Shown: in pieces, positions 47,048-58,313 of the stretch
How the letters are laid out: each line of letters opens with the position of its first letter
How positions within the stretch are numbered: the first letter of the stretch is position 1
The notes under the pieces: model-generated
The model's database searches: none
The model's input: only the letters and a program-made list of their open reading frames with translations
What the model was told of the DNA's origin: nothing
Position numbers and translations under genes: made by a program
From: an uncultured Solirubrobacteraceae bacterium
GTDB taxonomy: Bacteria; Actinomycetota; Thermoleophilia; Solirubrobacterales; Solirubrobacteraceae
Reading direction: 5' to 3'
DNA length: 64,000 bases
NCBI GenBank assembly: GCA_964588985.1
Contig: CAZPQW010000004.1
Span: 32,001-96,000, forward strand

Positions 47048-47608
47048 TCAGCCCGCCTTGATCGCCGAGATCTCGAGCAGGATCTTGACCTTGTCGCTGA
47101 CGACGACGTTGCCCGAGCCGAGCGCCATGTTGAACTTCATGTCGTAGTCGGAGCGGTTGATCTGCGCAGTGGCGGAGACGCCGACGCGGTCGTTGCCCTG
47201 TGGGTCGGTCTCGGTGCCCTCGACGGTTGCGTCGAGCGTGAGCGGGTGGGTGATCCCGTGGATCGTGAAGTCGCCGGTGATCTCGAAGTCCTCATCGCCC
47301 TTGGGGGTGATGGAGGTTGAGCGGAACGTGATCTCGGGGATGTTCTCGGCGTCGAAGAAGTCGGCCGAGAGGAGGTGCCCGTCGCGCTGGGGCTCGCCGG
47401 TGTCGACGCTCGAGACCTGCACGGTGCCATACGCGCTGGCGCCCTCGGGGGTCACATCGAGCGTGCCCTCGAACTCCTTGAACTTGCCCTTCACGGTGGC
47501 GATGCCGAGGTGTTTGACGTGGAACTCGACGCTCGAGTGGACCGGGTCGACGTTCCAGGTGCCCGTGGGTAGGGCGGTTGCGGTTGCGACGGAATCGATT
47601 GCGGACAT
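47048..47608 (-). CDS. YceI family protein
   Basis: W.VDPVHSSVEF.VKH, VKG.F, RDGHL.SADFFD, G.FTIHG.T. Confidence 0.93.
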   Translation of the reverse strand: MSAIDSVATATALPTGTWNVDPVHSSVEFHVKHLGIATVKGKFKEFEGTLDVTPEGASAYGTVQVSSVDTGEPQRDGHLLSADFFDAENIPEITFRSTSITPKGDEDFEITGDFTIHGITHPLTLDATVEGTETDPQGNDRVGVSATAQINRSDYDMKFNMALGSGNVVVSDKVKILLEISAIKAG

Positions 47609-47680
47609 CGGAATCTCCTTGCGTAATGGCTGAGGTAGCCGGTTGTCGGGTAGGGGGGTTATCTACCTCGACGTTAGCAG

Positions 47681-47700
47681 AGTTGATTGCGCAAGCAACT
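47681..47700. promoter_or_regulatory. palindromic operator upstream of the yceI-family gene
   Basis: AGTTGATTGCGCAAGCAACT, 18/20 self-complementary. Confidence 0.6.
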
Positions 47701-47728
47701 ATAGGCCCCTGCGCGCTGACGTCCCGAC

Positions 47729-48532
47729 TCAGCGCTGCTGTACGACGAGCGTCTGAAACGCCCGTCCGACTGGCCCATGTTCGTCATGCAGCACGCTGTC
47801 GCTCAGCCCGCTGCCGCCCTCGTGGAGGATCGTGTGCGCATCCAAGCCGATCCACTCGCCACGCGGCTGGCGGTGCAGGTGGATGGTGAGATCGGCGTTG
47901 ATGAACAGAAAGCGGTCGAACGGCAGCACAGCACTGACGCCGTTGCCGAAATCCGAGGTCGCTGCGAGTCGGGCGAGTGGGGTGAGATCCTGTCCCGGCA
48001 GCAGCGGATGGCGCATCCGCATCCACACGCGCCCAGGGCCCGGGCGCCACGGGTCGTTCAGCCAGCGCATCTCCATGACGCTCGCCGCGAAGCTCAGCCT
48101 GTCTGGGTCGTCGAGTGCGAAGCGCACCGGCTCGCCCTCTTGCGGGCCCGGCATCTCCGCCGCGGTGGAGGCCTTCAGCAGCTCGGCGGGCAGATCCTCC
48201 GGCAGCTCACTGGGCACCGCCTGCACGCGCAGCGCGCTCGCGCGGCAGATCAGCTCGTCGCCGCTGCGCAGCTCCGCTGCGAGCTCCTGCACACGCCGTC
48301 CGGGGCGGACGATGCTCGTGGTGAGCTCGAGCGGCGCGAACGGGAGAGGACGCAGCAGCTCGAAGCCGAGTCGCGCGATCTGAAGCTCCGAGCCGGGCTC
48401 CATGCGCTCGAACACGGAGGTGATCAGCGCCGCCGGGGCTCCGCCGTGGAGCGCCCGCGGGTCCCACGGGCCGCGCGCGTGCTCGGTCGGCATGTAGCCG
48501 CCGGCCTCGGCGAGGAAGACGCTCTCGCTCAT
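47729..48532 (-). CDS. acyl-CoA thioesterase family (double hotdog)
   Basis: RGPW....HGG.P, SDFGNG, FINADLTIHLHR.P.GEWI. Confidence 0.88.
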   Translation of the reverse strand: MSESVFLAEAGGYMPTEHARGPWDPRALHGGAPAALITSVFERMEPGSELQIARLGFELLRPLPFAPLELTTSIVRPGRRVQELAAELRSGDELICRASALRVQAVPSELPEDLPAELLKASTAAEMPGPQEGEPVRFALDDPDRLSFAASVMEMRWLNDPWRPGPGRVWMRMRHPLLPGQDLTPLARLAATSDFGNGVSAVLPFDRFLFINADLTIHLHRQPRGEWIGLDAHTILHEGGSGLSDSVLHDEHGPVGRAFQTLVVQQR

Positions 48533-48539
48533 CGGTCGA

Positions 48540-49208
48540 TCACTCCGGCAGGCGGTCCACGAAGTCCGCGAGCTTGCCCGGGTCGCGCAGCGGCGGGCCG
48601 TGGCCGAAGCACGTCAGGCTGGGGCGCAGCGCGGCGAGCCTGCGGGCGGACTGGCGGTTGCGCGCGGGGTCGGGCGTGAACACGTCGGGCGGCGCGTGCA
48701 GGCCGGGCATGCCGGTGAGGACGTGCATGTTGTTGAGCACGTCGCCGAGGATCAGCACGCGGTCGGATTCGCGCCAGTAGGCGACCTGGCCGCGTGAGTG
48801 CCCGGGGCTCTCGAGCACGGTGAATCCCGCCACCTCGTCGCCCTCGACGAGCGCGCGCGAGACGGGGTGGGGCGGTCCGGTCCAGTAGCGCTGCTGGAGC
48901 TTGTTCAGCCAGCCGGGCGCCTGCGAGTTGCGCACGCCGCCGGGGGTCTCCATCGCGGGCACGTCGCCCTGTCCACACCACAGCGGGATGCTCAGCGCTT
49001 CGCAGATCGCGTGGCTCGCGCCCTGGTGGTCGGGGTGGGCGTGCGTGAGCGCGTGCGCGCTCAGCTTGTGTCCCGAGATCTGGCGCATGATCCGCTTCTC
49101 GCCCTGCCTGGTGGCGGCGTCGATCAGCAGGTCCTCCACGAGATAGACGTTGATCGCGTTCGGCGGCCAGCCGCGCAGCAGGTGGACACCCTCGGCGAGC
49201 TGCTTCAT
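48540..49208 (-). CDS. MBL-fold metallo-hydrolase
   Basis: THAHPDHQG, PGHS.G, GD, GHG. Confidence 0.9.
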   Translation of the reverse strand: MKQLAEGVHLLRGWPPNAINVYLVEDLLIDAATRQGEKRIMRQISGHKLSAHALTHAHPDHQGASHAICEALSIPLWCGQGDVPAMETPGGVRNSQAPGWLNKLQQRYWTGPPHPVSRALVEGDEVAGFTVLESPGHSRGQVAYWRESDRVLILGDVLNNMHVLTGMPGLHAPPDVFTPDPARNRQSARRLAALRPSLTCFGHGPPLRDPGKLADFVDRLPE

Positions 49209-49230
49209 CGCTTGCTCCTCTGCTCGATGG

Positions 49231-49972
49231 TCACGTGCGCCGCCCCTCCCACGAGAAGCCGCGCACGGCGAAGTAAAGGCCGAACGCTCCCCACAGCGCG
49301 ATCACGGCGAGCTCGTCGAGGTTGCCGCCGAGCCCGTGTCCGGTGACCATCGCCCCGGAGAGCCCGTCGATCAGCGGCTTCAGCGGCAGCGCGTCGGCGA
49401 TCGTGCGCAGGAACGCGGGCGCGCCGCTTGAGTCGAAGACGTAGAAGGACACGAACACGACGGGCAGGAAGATCGCGTTGACGTACGCGGCGGTCGACTC
49501 GAAGTTGGGGATCGCGTGCGCGAACGCCACGCCGAGCGCCGCGAGGGCGACGACGCCGACGAGCACGAACACGATCAGCTCGCCCCAGTGCGGCGGCCAG
49601 CCGATGCCGAAGAACACGCGCCCGGAGAGCACTACGATCGCGATCTGCAGAGCTGTGTTGGTGACCGCGTTGGCGGCCACGCCGCCGAAGTAGGAGATCG
49701 TCGGCAGCGGCGTGCCGCGGATGCGCTTGAGCACGCCCCGCTCGCGCAGGAACACGATGTTGTAGGCGAGAGCGGTGAACGTGGTGGACATCACGCTCAT
49801 GCCCGCGATCGACGGCAGCAGCTTGTTCAGGTTGGCCTGGTTGCCGCTGAGGATCGCGCCGCCGGCCGCGAGGAACAGCAGCGGCAGCACGAAGTTGAAG
49901 AACGCCGCGCTGGGGTTGCGCCAGAACAGCCTGCGCTCCAGGCGGTACTGCCGCCAGCTGAGGGCCAGTGCG

Positions 49973-49980
<8 letters not shown>
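49231..49980 (-). CDS. ABC-2 type exporter permease
   Basis: six TM segments, LRERGVLKRI..TP motif. Confidence 0.9.
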
Positions 49981-50830
<850 letters not shown>

Positions 50831-50874
50831 GCCCCTGATCATCTCAGGACCGCCCGCGAGGACGGCGCTCGCTC

Positions 50875-52878
50875 CTACCAGTGCACGCCCCTGGTGAGCG
50901 TGGCCATGGCGATCTGCTCGAAGGATGCGCGCTCCTCCATGTCGCCGTGGCCTTTGGCGGCGGCCGAGTCGGGGAACACGCGGTAGGCGAGGTGCAGCAG
51001 CCGGTCGACCATCTTCGGCGAGATCGAGTACGCGACTTCGCCGAACTTGCCGATCCGCGTGCCCATCTCCTTGGGCCGGCTGCGCATCGCCTCGCAGATC
51101 ATGTCGGCGGCCTCGTCGGGGCTGATCGCGGGGAACGCGTCGTACATCTTCGTGGGCGCGATCATCGGCGTGCGCACGAGCGGCATGTGGATCGTGGTGA
51201 ACGTGACCCCGTCGCCGATCGTCTCGGAGGCGACCACGCGCGTGAACGCGTCGAGCGCGGCCTTGGAGGCGACATAGGCCGAAAAACGCGGCGGGTTGGT
51301 CTGCACGCCGATCGAGGACACGTTGATGATGTGGCCGGAGCCGCGTTCGCGCATGTGCGGCAGCAGGCCGATGATCAGCTTGACCGCGCCGAAGTAGTTG
51401 AGCTGGATGGTGCGTTCGAAATCGTGGAAGCGGTCGTAGCTGAGCGCGATCGAGCGGCGGATCGAGCGCCCGGCGTTGTTGACGAGCATGTCGATGTTGC
51501 GGTGGTCGGCGAGCACGCGCTCGAGCAGCCGTTCGATCGACTCGATGTCCGCGAGGTCGGCTGCATACACGTACGCGGTGCCGCCCGCGGCGACGATCTC
51601 CGCGCGGACCTCCTCGAGGTTCTCGACGTTGCGCGCCACCAGCAGCGGCACGCCGCCCGCGGCCGCGACCTTCACGGCGGTCGCGCGTCCGATGCCGGAG
51701 GAGGCGCCGGTGATCAGCACGTGGCGGCCATTCAAGGCCTCCTTCAGCGTGCTGCCCCTGCGCAGATCGGGGTCCATCTCGCGCTCCCAGTAGTCCCACA
51801 GCCGCGCGACGTAGTCCTGCAGCGGCGGCGGCGTCTCCAGCGGCGAGCCAGCGAGCGCGCTCGCGGCCTGGCTCGTGTCGAAGCGCGGCACGAGCTCCAT
51901 GTTGGCGAGCACCGATGCGGGGATGCCGAGCTCGCGCAGCGCGACGTTGCGCATCTGGCGCCAAGGCGGGAGCGCCGCGGCGAGCGCGAGCGGCCACTTC
52001 GGCAGCGGGTCGATCAGCCGTTTGTCGATGCTCACGGCGAAGCGCGGCGCGTGCGCGGCGACGGCCAGCTCGTTGATCAGCTCGTCCACGCGCTGCGGGC
52101 GCGGGTCGGTGAGGCTGAACGCGCGACCGTCGAGGTTGGGCTCGTGCGCGATGTGCTCGAGCGCTCCGGCGACCCAGTCGACGGGGACGATGTTGGTGTA
52201 GCCGAGGTCGAGGCCCACGAGCGGCACCCACTCCGGCAGCAGGTGGCGCATCCGCTGGATCGCCTTGAAGAAGTAGTACGGACCGTCGACCTTTTCCATC
52301 TCGCCCGTCAGGGAGTCGCCGACGACGATTCCTGGCCGGTACACGCGCCACGGCACGTAGGGCTGGTCGCGCACGATCCGCTCGGACTCGAACTTGGTGC
52401 GGTGATACGGCGATGGCAGCTTCTGCCCCTCGTCGAACATGTCCTCCTCGAACACGCCCTTGTACGTCCCGGCGACGGCGATCGAGGAGACGTGGTGCAG
52501 GTGCTTGGCGTCGAGCGCGCGCGCGAGTTCGACCGCATGGGTGGTGCCGCCGACGTTGACCGCGGTGTTGCGCTCCGCGGGGGCGGTCATGTCGTAGACG
52601 GCCGCGAGGTGGAAGAAGTGCTTGATCTTGCCGCGCAGCTCCGCCACCTGCTCGGTCTCCACGCCGAGCAGCGGCCTGCGCAGGTCGCCCACCACCGGCA
52701 CGATGCGCTCCTCTGCGGAAGGGCCGACGGCGATGCTCCAGCGCTCGATCAGATCATCGAGGCGCGGTTTCGAGCTCTCGCGCACGAGCACGTAGATCTT
52801 GCCCTGGCGCTTGTCGAGCAGCCGCTCCACGAGACGGCTTCCGATGAAGCCGGTTGCGCCTGTGACGAAGTAGGCCAT
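50875..52878 (-). CDS. two-domain SDR, fatty acyl-CoA reductase-like
   Basis: N-terminal TGATGFIG/Y..TK extended SDR plus C-terminal TGASSGIG, NNAGRSIRR, YVASK. Confidence 0.9.
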   Translation of the reverse strand: MAYFVTGATGFIGSRLVERLLDKRQGKIYVLVRESSKPRLDDLIERWSIAVGPSAEERIVPVVGDLRRPLLGVETEQVAELRGKIKHFFHLAAVYDMTAPAERNTAVNVGGTTHAVELARALDAKHLHHVSSIAVAGTYKGVFEEDMFDEGQKLPSPYHRTKFESERIVRDQPYVPWRVYRPGIVVGDSLTGEMEKVDGPYYFFKAIQRMRHLLPEWVPLVGLDLGYTNIVPVDWVAGALEHIAHEPNLDGRAFSLTDPRPQRVDELINELAVAAHAPRFAVSIDKRLIDPLPKWPLALAAALPPWRQMRNVALRELGIPASVLANMELVPRFDTSQAASALAGSPLETPPPLQDYVARLWDYWEREMDPDLRRGSTLKEALNGRHVLITGASSGIGRATAVKVAAAGGVPLLVARNVENLEEVRAEIVAAGGTAYVYAADLADIESIERLLERVLADHRNIDMLVNNAGRSIRRSIALSYDRFHDFERTIQLNYFGAVKLIIGLLPHMRERGSGHIINVSSIGVQTNPPRFSAYVASKAALDAFTRVVASETIGDGVTFTTIHMPLVRTPMIAPTKMYDAFPAISPDEAADMICEAMRSRPKEMGTRIGKFGEVAYSISPKMVDRLLHLAYRVFPDSAAAKGHGDMEERASFEQIAMATLTRGVHW

Positions 52879-52960
52879 CGTCAACAGAGCCTACCTCGAA
52901 TCAACCCCCTGCGGTTGCCGCTTTTCGAAGCGTCCGCATCGTTGCCGCTCCAGCGCGCGG

Positions 52961-53734
52961 TTACGCGCCGGCGCCCGCTCCGCCGCGTCCCTCACCGGCG
53001 GCGAATCGGGCCGCGCCGCGCGCGCCGTCCTCGAAGACCCCGGGCCCGGCGGCGGCCTCGAGCGCGAGCGCGTCGGAGAGCTCCATGCCGAAGCCCTCGA
53101 TCGCGGCGCGACGGTCGGCGAGCATCGTGCGCTGGGGGAATCGCGCGAGCCCCTCCGCCAGCGCGAGCGCTCGCTCGAGGTGCGTGCCGCCAGGGACGAC
53201 CTCGGTCAGCAGGCCCATCGCGTGCGCCTCCTGCGCGTCGATGATGCGCCCGGTGAGGATCAGATCGAGCGCGCGCCCCATGCCCACGATGCGCGGCAGC
53301 CGCTGGGTGCCGCCGTCGATCAGCGGCACGCCCCAGCGACGCTCGGGGTAGCCGAGCTTGGAGTTCTCGGTGGCGATGCGCAGGTCGCACCACAGCGCGA
53401 TCTCCAGGCCCCCGGCGAGGCAGAAGCCGGAGATCGCGGCGATCGTGGGCTTGGAGGAGGTCAAACGGGTGAAGCCCATCGGACCCTCGGCGCTCATCAG
53501 CCGCGGGGCCATCGTCTCGGTGGCCTTCAGGTCCGCGCCCGCGCAGAAGGACACGCCGCCGGCGCCGCACACGACGAGCACGCGCGCGTCGTCGTCGGCC
53601 TCGAAGCGCAGGTAGGCGTCGTGCAGCGCCTCTGCGGTCGGGCCGTCGACAGCGTTGCGCCGGTGCTGGCGGTCGATCGTGATCAGCGCGGCGGCGCCGC
53701 GGCGCTCGTAGCGAACTTCGTCTGTGTCGGCCAT
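52961..53734 (-). CDS. enoyl-CoA hydratase/isomerase family
   Basis: FCAGADLK, KPTIAAI.G...AGGLE, GVPLIDGGT. Confidence 0.92.
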   Translation of the reverse strand: MADTDEVRYERRGAAALITIDRQHRRNAVDGPTAEALHDAYLRFEADDDARVLVVCGAGGVSFCAGADLKATETMAPRLMSAEGPMGFTRLTSSKPTIAAISGFCLAGGLEIALWCDLRIATENSKLGYPERRWGVPLIDGGTQRLPRIVGMGRALDLILTGRIIDAQEAHAMGLLTEVVPGGTHLERALALAEGLARFPQRTMLADRRAAIEGFGMELSDALALEAAAGPGVFEDGARGAARFAAGEGRGGAGAGA

Positions 53735-53751
53735 CGGCGCGGGCGCCGGGG

Positions 53752-54024
53752 CTACCAGCCGCCGCGCCAGTTGGCGCCGCCGAGCAGCTTCTCTCCCGCT
53801 TTGCGCGCTTCTTTGCGCTTGTCCAGCTTCTTCTGGAGCATGCTCATCGTGAACACGAACAGCGGGAAGAAGATGATGAGGATGAAGCCCGCGTCGGTGA
53901 CGACCTTGTCGTCGGTAGGGCCGTAGAAGCCGCGTCCGTCGTTGTACGCGCTCGCCGCGGGGGCGAGCACGAGCAGGGCGAGCAGTGCGAGCGGCAGGAG
54001 TGTGGCGAAGAGGCGGTTGCGCAT
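53752..54024 (-). CDS. small membrane protein
   Basis: Signal peptide plus one TM, basic C-terminus. Confidence 0.65.
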   Translation of the reverse strand: MRNRLFATLLPLALLALLVLAPAASAYNDGRGFYGPTDDKVVTDAGFILIIFFPLFVFTMSMLQKKLDKRKEARKAGEKLLGGANWRGGW

Positions 54025-54083
54025 CGGTTCGCGCGAATCCTATCTGAGGCGCGGCGGGAAGAGGTCTCTACCATCGGCAGCCG

Positions 54084-56042
54084 ATGGCACTGCTGATCGC
54101 ATCAGACATGCACAAGGACATGGCCGGGCAGCCGCTGCTGCAGGGCGTGTCGTTCAAACTCGAGCGCCGCGAACGGATGACGATCGCGGGTCGCAACGGC
54201 GCGGGCAAGACGACGCTGCTGCGGATGCTCGCGGGGGAGACGTCGATCGACCGCGGCGAGTTGAGCGTGGCGAAGGGCGTGCGCATCGCGCTGCACGACC
54301 AGCGCCCGCCGCGCGAGCGCGGCATGCCGCTGCGCGACTACCTGCTCTCCGGCTGCGTGGAGGAGTTGGAGATCGAGGCGCAGCTGAGCGCGCTCGAGGC
54401 GAAGATGGCGGCGGGCGACGCCGACGAGGCGTTGCTCACGCGCTACGCCGGGGCGCAGGCGCGACTGGAGGCGCGCGGCGGCTACCTGTGGCGCAACCGA
54501 GCGACCGCGATGGCCCACGGGCTGGGGTTCCGCGACGCCGACCTCGACCGTCCGCTGGACACCTTCTCGGGAGGTCAGCTGACGCGAGCGTCGCTCGCCC
54601 GGGCGCTCTCCACGGGCGCGGACGTGCTGCTGCTGGACGAGCCCACGAACCATCTCGACATCGAGTCGCTGGAGTGGCTCGAGCAGACGCTCGTGGACCT
54701 CGACGCGGCGGTGGTGCTGGTGGCGCACGACCGCTGGTTCCTGGAGGCGGTGGGCACGGCGGTGCTCGAGCTCGAGGCGGGACGGTCGCGGTTCTTCGCC
54801 GGCACGTGGCATCAGTGGCGCCGCGAACAGGCGGCGCGCGAGATGGCGCTGGGCAAGGCGATCGACAAGCAGCAGGCGGAGATCGAGCGGATGGAGCGCT
54901 TCATCGAGCGCTTCCGCTACAAGGCGTCGAAGGCCAAACAGGCGCAGTCGCGCGTGAAGAAACTGTCGAAGATCGAGCGGATCGAGCGCGACCCGAAGGA
55001 CGGCAAGGGCCTGGAGTTCAACTTCGCCGCCCCCGAGCGCTCTGGCCGGGTGATCTTCGAGCTGCTCGACGGGCGCGTGGAGATCGGCGATCCGGCGGTC
55101 GTCCTGCTCGAGCACGCGGAGCTTTGGCTGGAGCGTGGCGAGCACGTCTCGCTGGTGGGGCCGAACGGCACAGGCAAGACGACGCTGATCGAGACGCTCG
55201 CGGGGCGCCGCGAGCTGGCGGCGGGCAGGCTGAGCACGGGCCACAACGTGCAGGTGGGCTACCTCTCCCAGCACGCGGACGAGCTCGGCGCGGGGGGCCT
55301 GGCGACGCAGAGCGTGCTAGACGCAGCGCAGCGCTCCACCGGTTTGACTCCGGGCAAGGCGCGCGCGCTCCTCGGCGGCTTCCTGTTCTCCGGCGAGGAC
55401 GCGGAGAAGCCGCTCGCGGGGCTGTCCGGAGGCGAGCGCCGACGCCTGTCGCTGGCGGTGCTCGTGCAGGGCGGCGCGAACGTACTGATCCTGGACGAGC
55501 CCACGAACCATCTCGACATCGAGAGCCGCGAGGCCTTGGAGGACGCACTGCGCTCGTTCACCGGCGCGCTGATCCTCGTGTCCCACGACCGTGCGCTGCT
55601 GGACGCGGTGGGCACGCGCACGATCGCGGTGGAGGATCGCTCGCTGCACAGCTACGTGGGCGGGTGGCCCGAGTATGTGCGCATTCGTGACGAGCGCAGG
55701 GCGCTCGGGCAAGGCGGTCCGGGCTCGGGGATGACGGGGGGCGCGCCGGTGCTGGCGAGTGCAAGCAATGGCTCCGGGCCGAGTGCCTCCAAAGACGACA
55801 CGAAGAAGGCGGCGCCGAAGGCCAAGCCCAAGGGACCCTCGAAGAACCGGCTGAGCGAGACGCAGAAGGCCGAGAAGGCTGTCGAGGCAGCGGAGGCCGC
55901 GCTCAGCGTGCTCGAAGCGGAGCTGACGGACCCGGCGGCGTGGGCGACGAGATACGAGGCCGCGAAGTCAGAGGCGCGCCACACGGCGGCCAAGCGCGCG
56001 GTCGACGAGGCCTACGCGCGCCTGGAGACGTTGATCGACTGA
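54084..56042 (+). CDS. ABC-F family ATPase
   Basis: Two NBDs (GRNGAGKT, GPNGTGKT; LDEPTNHLD twice), no TM, C-terminal coiled extension. Confidence 0.95.
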   Translation: MALLIASDMHKDMAGQPLLQGVSFKLERRERMTIAGRNGAGKTTLLRMLAGETSIDRGELSVAKGVRIALHDQRPPRERGMPLRDYLLSGCVEELEIEAQLSALEAKMAAGDADEALLTRYAGAQARLEARGGYLWRNRATAMAHGLGFRDADLDRPLDTFSGGQLTRASLARALSTGADVLLLDEPTNHLDIESLEWLEQTLVDLDAAVVLVAHDRWFLEAVGTAVLELEAGRSRFFAGTWHQWRREQAAREMALGKAIDKQQAEIERMERFIERFRYKASKAKQAQSRVKKLSKIERIERDPKDGKGLEFNFAAPERSGRVIFELLDGRVEIGDPAVVLLEHAELWLERGEHVSLVGPNGTGKTTLIETLAGRRELAAGRLSTGHNVQVGYLSQHADELGAGGLATQSVLDAAQRSTGLTPGKARALLGGFLFSGEDAEKPLAGLSGGERRRLSLAVLVQGGANVLILDEPTNHLDIESREALEDALRSFTGALILVSHDRALLDAVGTRTIAVEDRSLHSYVGGWPEYVRIRDERRALGQGGPGSGMTGGAPVLASASNGSGPSASKDDTKKAAPKAKPKGPSKNRLSETQKAEKAVEAAEAALSVLEAELTDPAAWATRYEAAKSEARHTAAKRAVDEAYARLETLID

Positions 56043-56079
56043 GGCTCGGACGGGGCGTGACTGGGGCTAACCTGTCCCT

Positions 56080-56442
56080 GTGAGCGAACGCACGAAAATG
56101 GCCCGCAACATCGCGATCGTGCTGGTGATCGCGGCGGCGGTGTACTTCATCCCCGGCGGCGGCCGTGCGGCGGGGACGTTCGAAGCGGCGCTGTGGGTGG
56201 CGTTCAGCATCGGCCTCGGCTACTTCGCCCTGCGCCTGTACCGCGAATCCCGCGTGACGGTCCACGGCCTCGGCGATCGCCATCGCGGGATGCTCTACGG
56301 CGGCGTGGCGCTGGCGTTCTTCGCGTTCGCGGCTCGCAAGCACATGTTCGAAACGTCGTTCGGCGAGCTGGTGTGGTTCGTGATCGTGGGCTGCGTGATC
56401 TACGCGGGGATGGAGGTCTTTCGCCACTCCCGCACGTACTGA
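56080..56442 (+). CDS. small membrane protein (4 TM)
   Basis: Hydrophobic 120-aa ORF, TAACCT 6 nt upstream, 1 nt from uvrC. Confidence 0.75.
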   Translation: MSERTKMARNIAIVLVIAAAVYFIPGGGRAAGTFEAALWVAFSIGLGYFALRLYRESRVTVHGLGDRHRGMLYGGVALAFFAFAARKHMFETSFGELVWFVIVGCVIYAGMEVFRHSRTY

Positions 56443-56443
56443 C

Positions 56444-58300
56444 GTGAGCCTCGCAGAGCAGCGACGCGCGCTGCCGGATCAGCCGGGGGTGTACCTGTTC
56501 CGCGACGAGCGGGGACGGGTGATCTACGTGGGCAAGGCGAAGTCGGTGCGCAAGCGCGTGGCGTCGCACTTCTCCAAAGCACAGGTGCCGAGCAGTCCTG
56601 GGCATGCGGAGATGGTGGCCAGCGTGGCGAACATCGAGTGCGTGGTGGTGGCCACCGAGGCGGAGGCGCTGCTGGCGGAGCAGAGCTTCATCAAGCAGTA
56701 CCGGCCGCGCTTCAACATCCGCCTGCGCGACGACAAGTCCTACCCGTTCATCGCGATCTCGCTCGACGAGGACTACCCGCGGGTGTACTTCACGCGCGAG
56801 CGCCACCGCTCGGGCCGCGTGTACTTCGGCCCCTACTCGAACGCGAAACGGGTGCGCGCGACGCTCGAGGTGCTGGCGAAGGTGTTCATGTTCCGCTCGT
56901 GTACCGGTAAGGAGCCGGGCAGGCGCAGCGGCAGCCCGTGCCTGGACTACTACATCAAGCGCTGCGAGGCCCCGTGCGTGGGCTACGTCTCCAAGGAGGA
57001 GTACCGCAAGTCGATCGACGGCGTGATCGACTTCCTGTCGGGGCGTTTCTCGGCGATCGAGCGCGACCTGGAGGAGCGGATGCGCGCGGCGGCGGCGGAG
57101 GAGGAGTTCGAGCAGGCGACGCTCGAGCGCAACCGTCTGCAGGCGGTGCGATCGCTGCTGGAGCGTCGGCGCGTGACGAGCGAGACGATGGGCTCGTTCG
57201 ACGCGGTGGCCGTTGCGGTGGAGGGCCGCGAGGCGAACGCGCAGGTGTTCCAGGTGCGCGACGGCGTGCTGTCGGACCGCCAGTCCTTCTACCTGTCGAA
57301 CGAGACCGAGCGCGATCTGGCGGAGGTGGCGGAGGAGTTCATGCTGCAGTACTACGGCGGGCACATGTCGATCCCCGCGCTGCTCGTGGTGCAGCGCGAG
57401 CTGAGCGACAGCGAGGCGCTGCAGGAGGCGCTCGCGAGCCGTCGCGGCGGCCCGGTGGAGCTGCGCGCGGCCGAGCGCGGCGAGAAGCGCCGCATCCTCG
57501 AGCTGGCCGCCCGCAACGCGCACCTCGCGCTCGACCAGGAGAAGCTGCGCTCCGAGCGCCGCCGCCAGGGGCGGGTCGAGGCGCTCGAGGGGCTGCAGAC
57601 GGCGCTCGGGCTCGATGCGCCGCCGATCCGCATCGAGTGCTTCGACATCTCCAACCTCGGGGGCACGCACACGGTGGCGTCGATGGTGGTGTTCGAGGGC
57701 GGCGCGCCGAAGAAGGCCGACTACCGGCGCTTCACGATCCGCACGGTCGACGGCCCGGACGACTTCGCGTCGATGGCGGAGGTGCTCACGCGCCGCTTCG
57801 CGCAGTGGGAGCGCCAGGCGGACATCTCGCCGCACGACTCCGCTTACGACCAGAGCTTCGCGTCGCTGCCGAACGTGGTGGTGATCGACGGCGGCAAGGG
57901 CCAGTTGGCGGCGGGGCTCGGGCCGTTGCGCGGCTTTCGCGAGCGCGGCGTGGCGGTGGTGTCGCTGGCGAAGCGGATCGAGGAGGTGTTCATCCCGGGT
58001 CGCAAGGCGCCGCTCGTGCTGGACCACTCCACGCCGGAGCTGCAGCTGCTGCAGCGAGTGCGAGACGAGGCGCACCGTTTCGCGATCACCCATCACCGCA
58101 CGCGCCGCGACAAGGCGATGACGAGCTCGCTGCTGGACGAGCTGCCCGGCGTGGGCCCGGCGCGCAAGCGTGCCCTGCTTGCCCATTTCGGCTCGCCGGA
58201 GGCGATGGTGGCTGCGTCGAGCGAGGAGATGCAGGCGGTGCCGGGCGTGCCGGCGAAGGTCGCGCGCGACCTCTACGGGTTTCTCCACCGTGCCGGCTGA
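56444..58300 (+). CDS. uvrC: excinuclease ABC subunit C
   Basis: GIY-YIG PGVYLF..IYVGKAK, RIECFDIS, IDGGKGQL, RDEAHRFA, HhH. Confidence 0.97.
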   Translation: MSLAEQRRALPDQPGVYLFRDERGRVIYVGKAKSVRKRVASHFSKAQVPSSPGHAEMVASVANIECVVVATEAEALLAEQSFIKQYRPRFNIRLRDDKSYPFIAISLDEDYPRVYFTRERHRSGRVYFGPYSNAKRVRATLEVLAKVFMFRSCTGKEPGRRSGSPCLDYYIKRCEAPCVGYVSKEEYRKSIDGVIDFLSGRFSAIERDLEERMRAAAAEEEFEQATLERNRLQAVRSLLERRRVTSETMGSFDAVAVAVEGREANAQVFQVRDGVLSDRQSFYLSNETERDLAEVAEEFMLQYYGGHMSIPALLVVQRELSDSEALQEALASRRGGPVELRAAERGEKRRILELAARNAHLALDQEKLRSERRRQGRVEALEGLQTALGLDAPPIRIECFDISNLGGTHTVASMVVFEGGAPKKADYRRFTIRTVDGPDDFASMAEVLTRRFAQWERQADISPHDSAYDQSFASLPNVVVIDGGKGQLAAGLGPLRGFRERGVAVVSLAKRIEEVFIPGRKAPLVLDHSTPELQLLQRVRDEAHRFAITHHRTRRDKAMTSSLLDELPGVGPARKRALLAHFGSPEAMVAASSEEMQAVPGVPAKVARDLYGFLHRAG

Positions 58301-58313
58301 CAGAATGGGCGCG

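Noticed and set aside
50881-53244. Very long antisense or alternate-frame ORFs (e.g. 787 aa here, 725 aa at 56204-58381, 625 aa at 41947-43824)
   Set aside because: They shadow well-supported genes and are R/A/G/P-rich with no motifs, as expected from stop-codon scarcity at high GC
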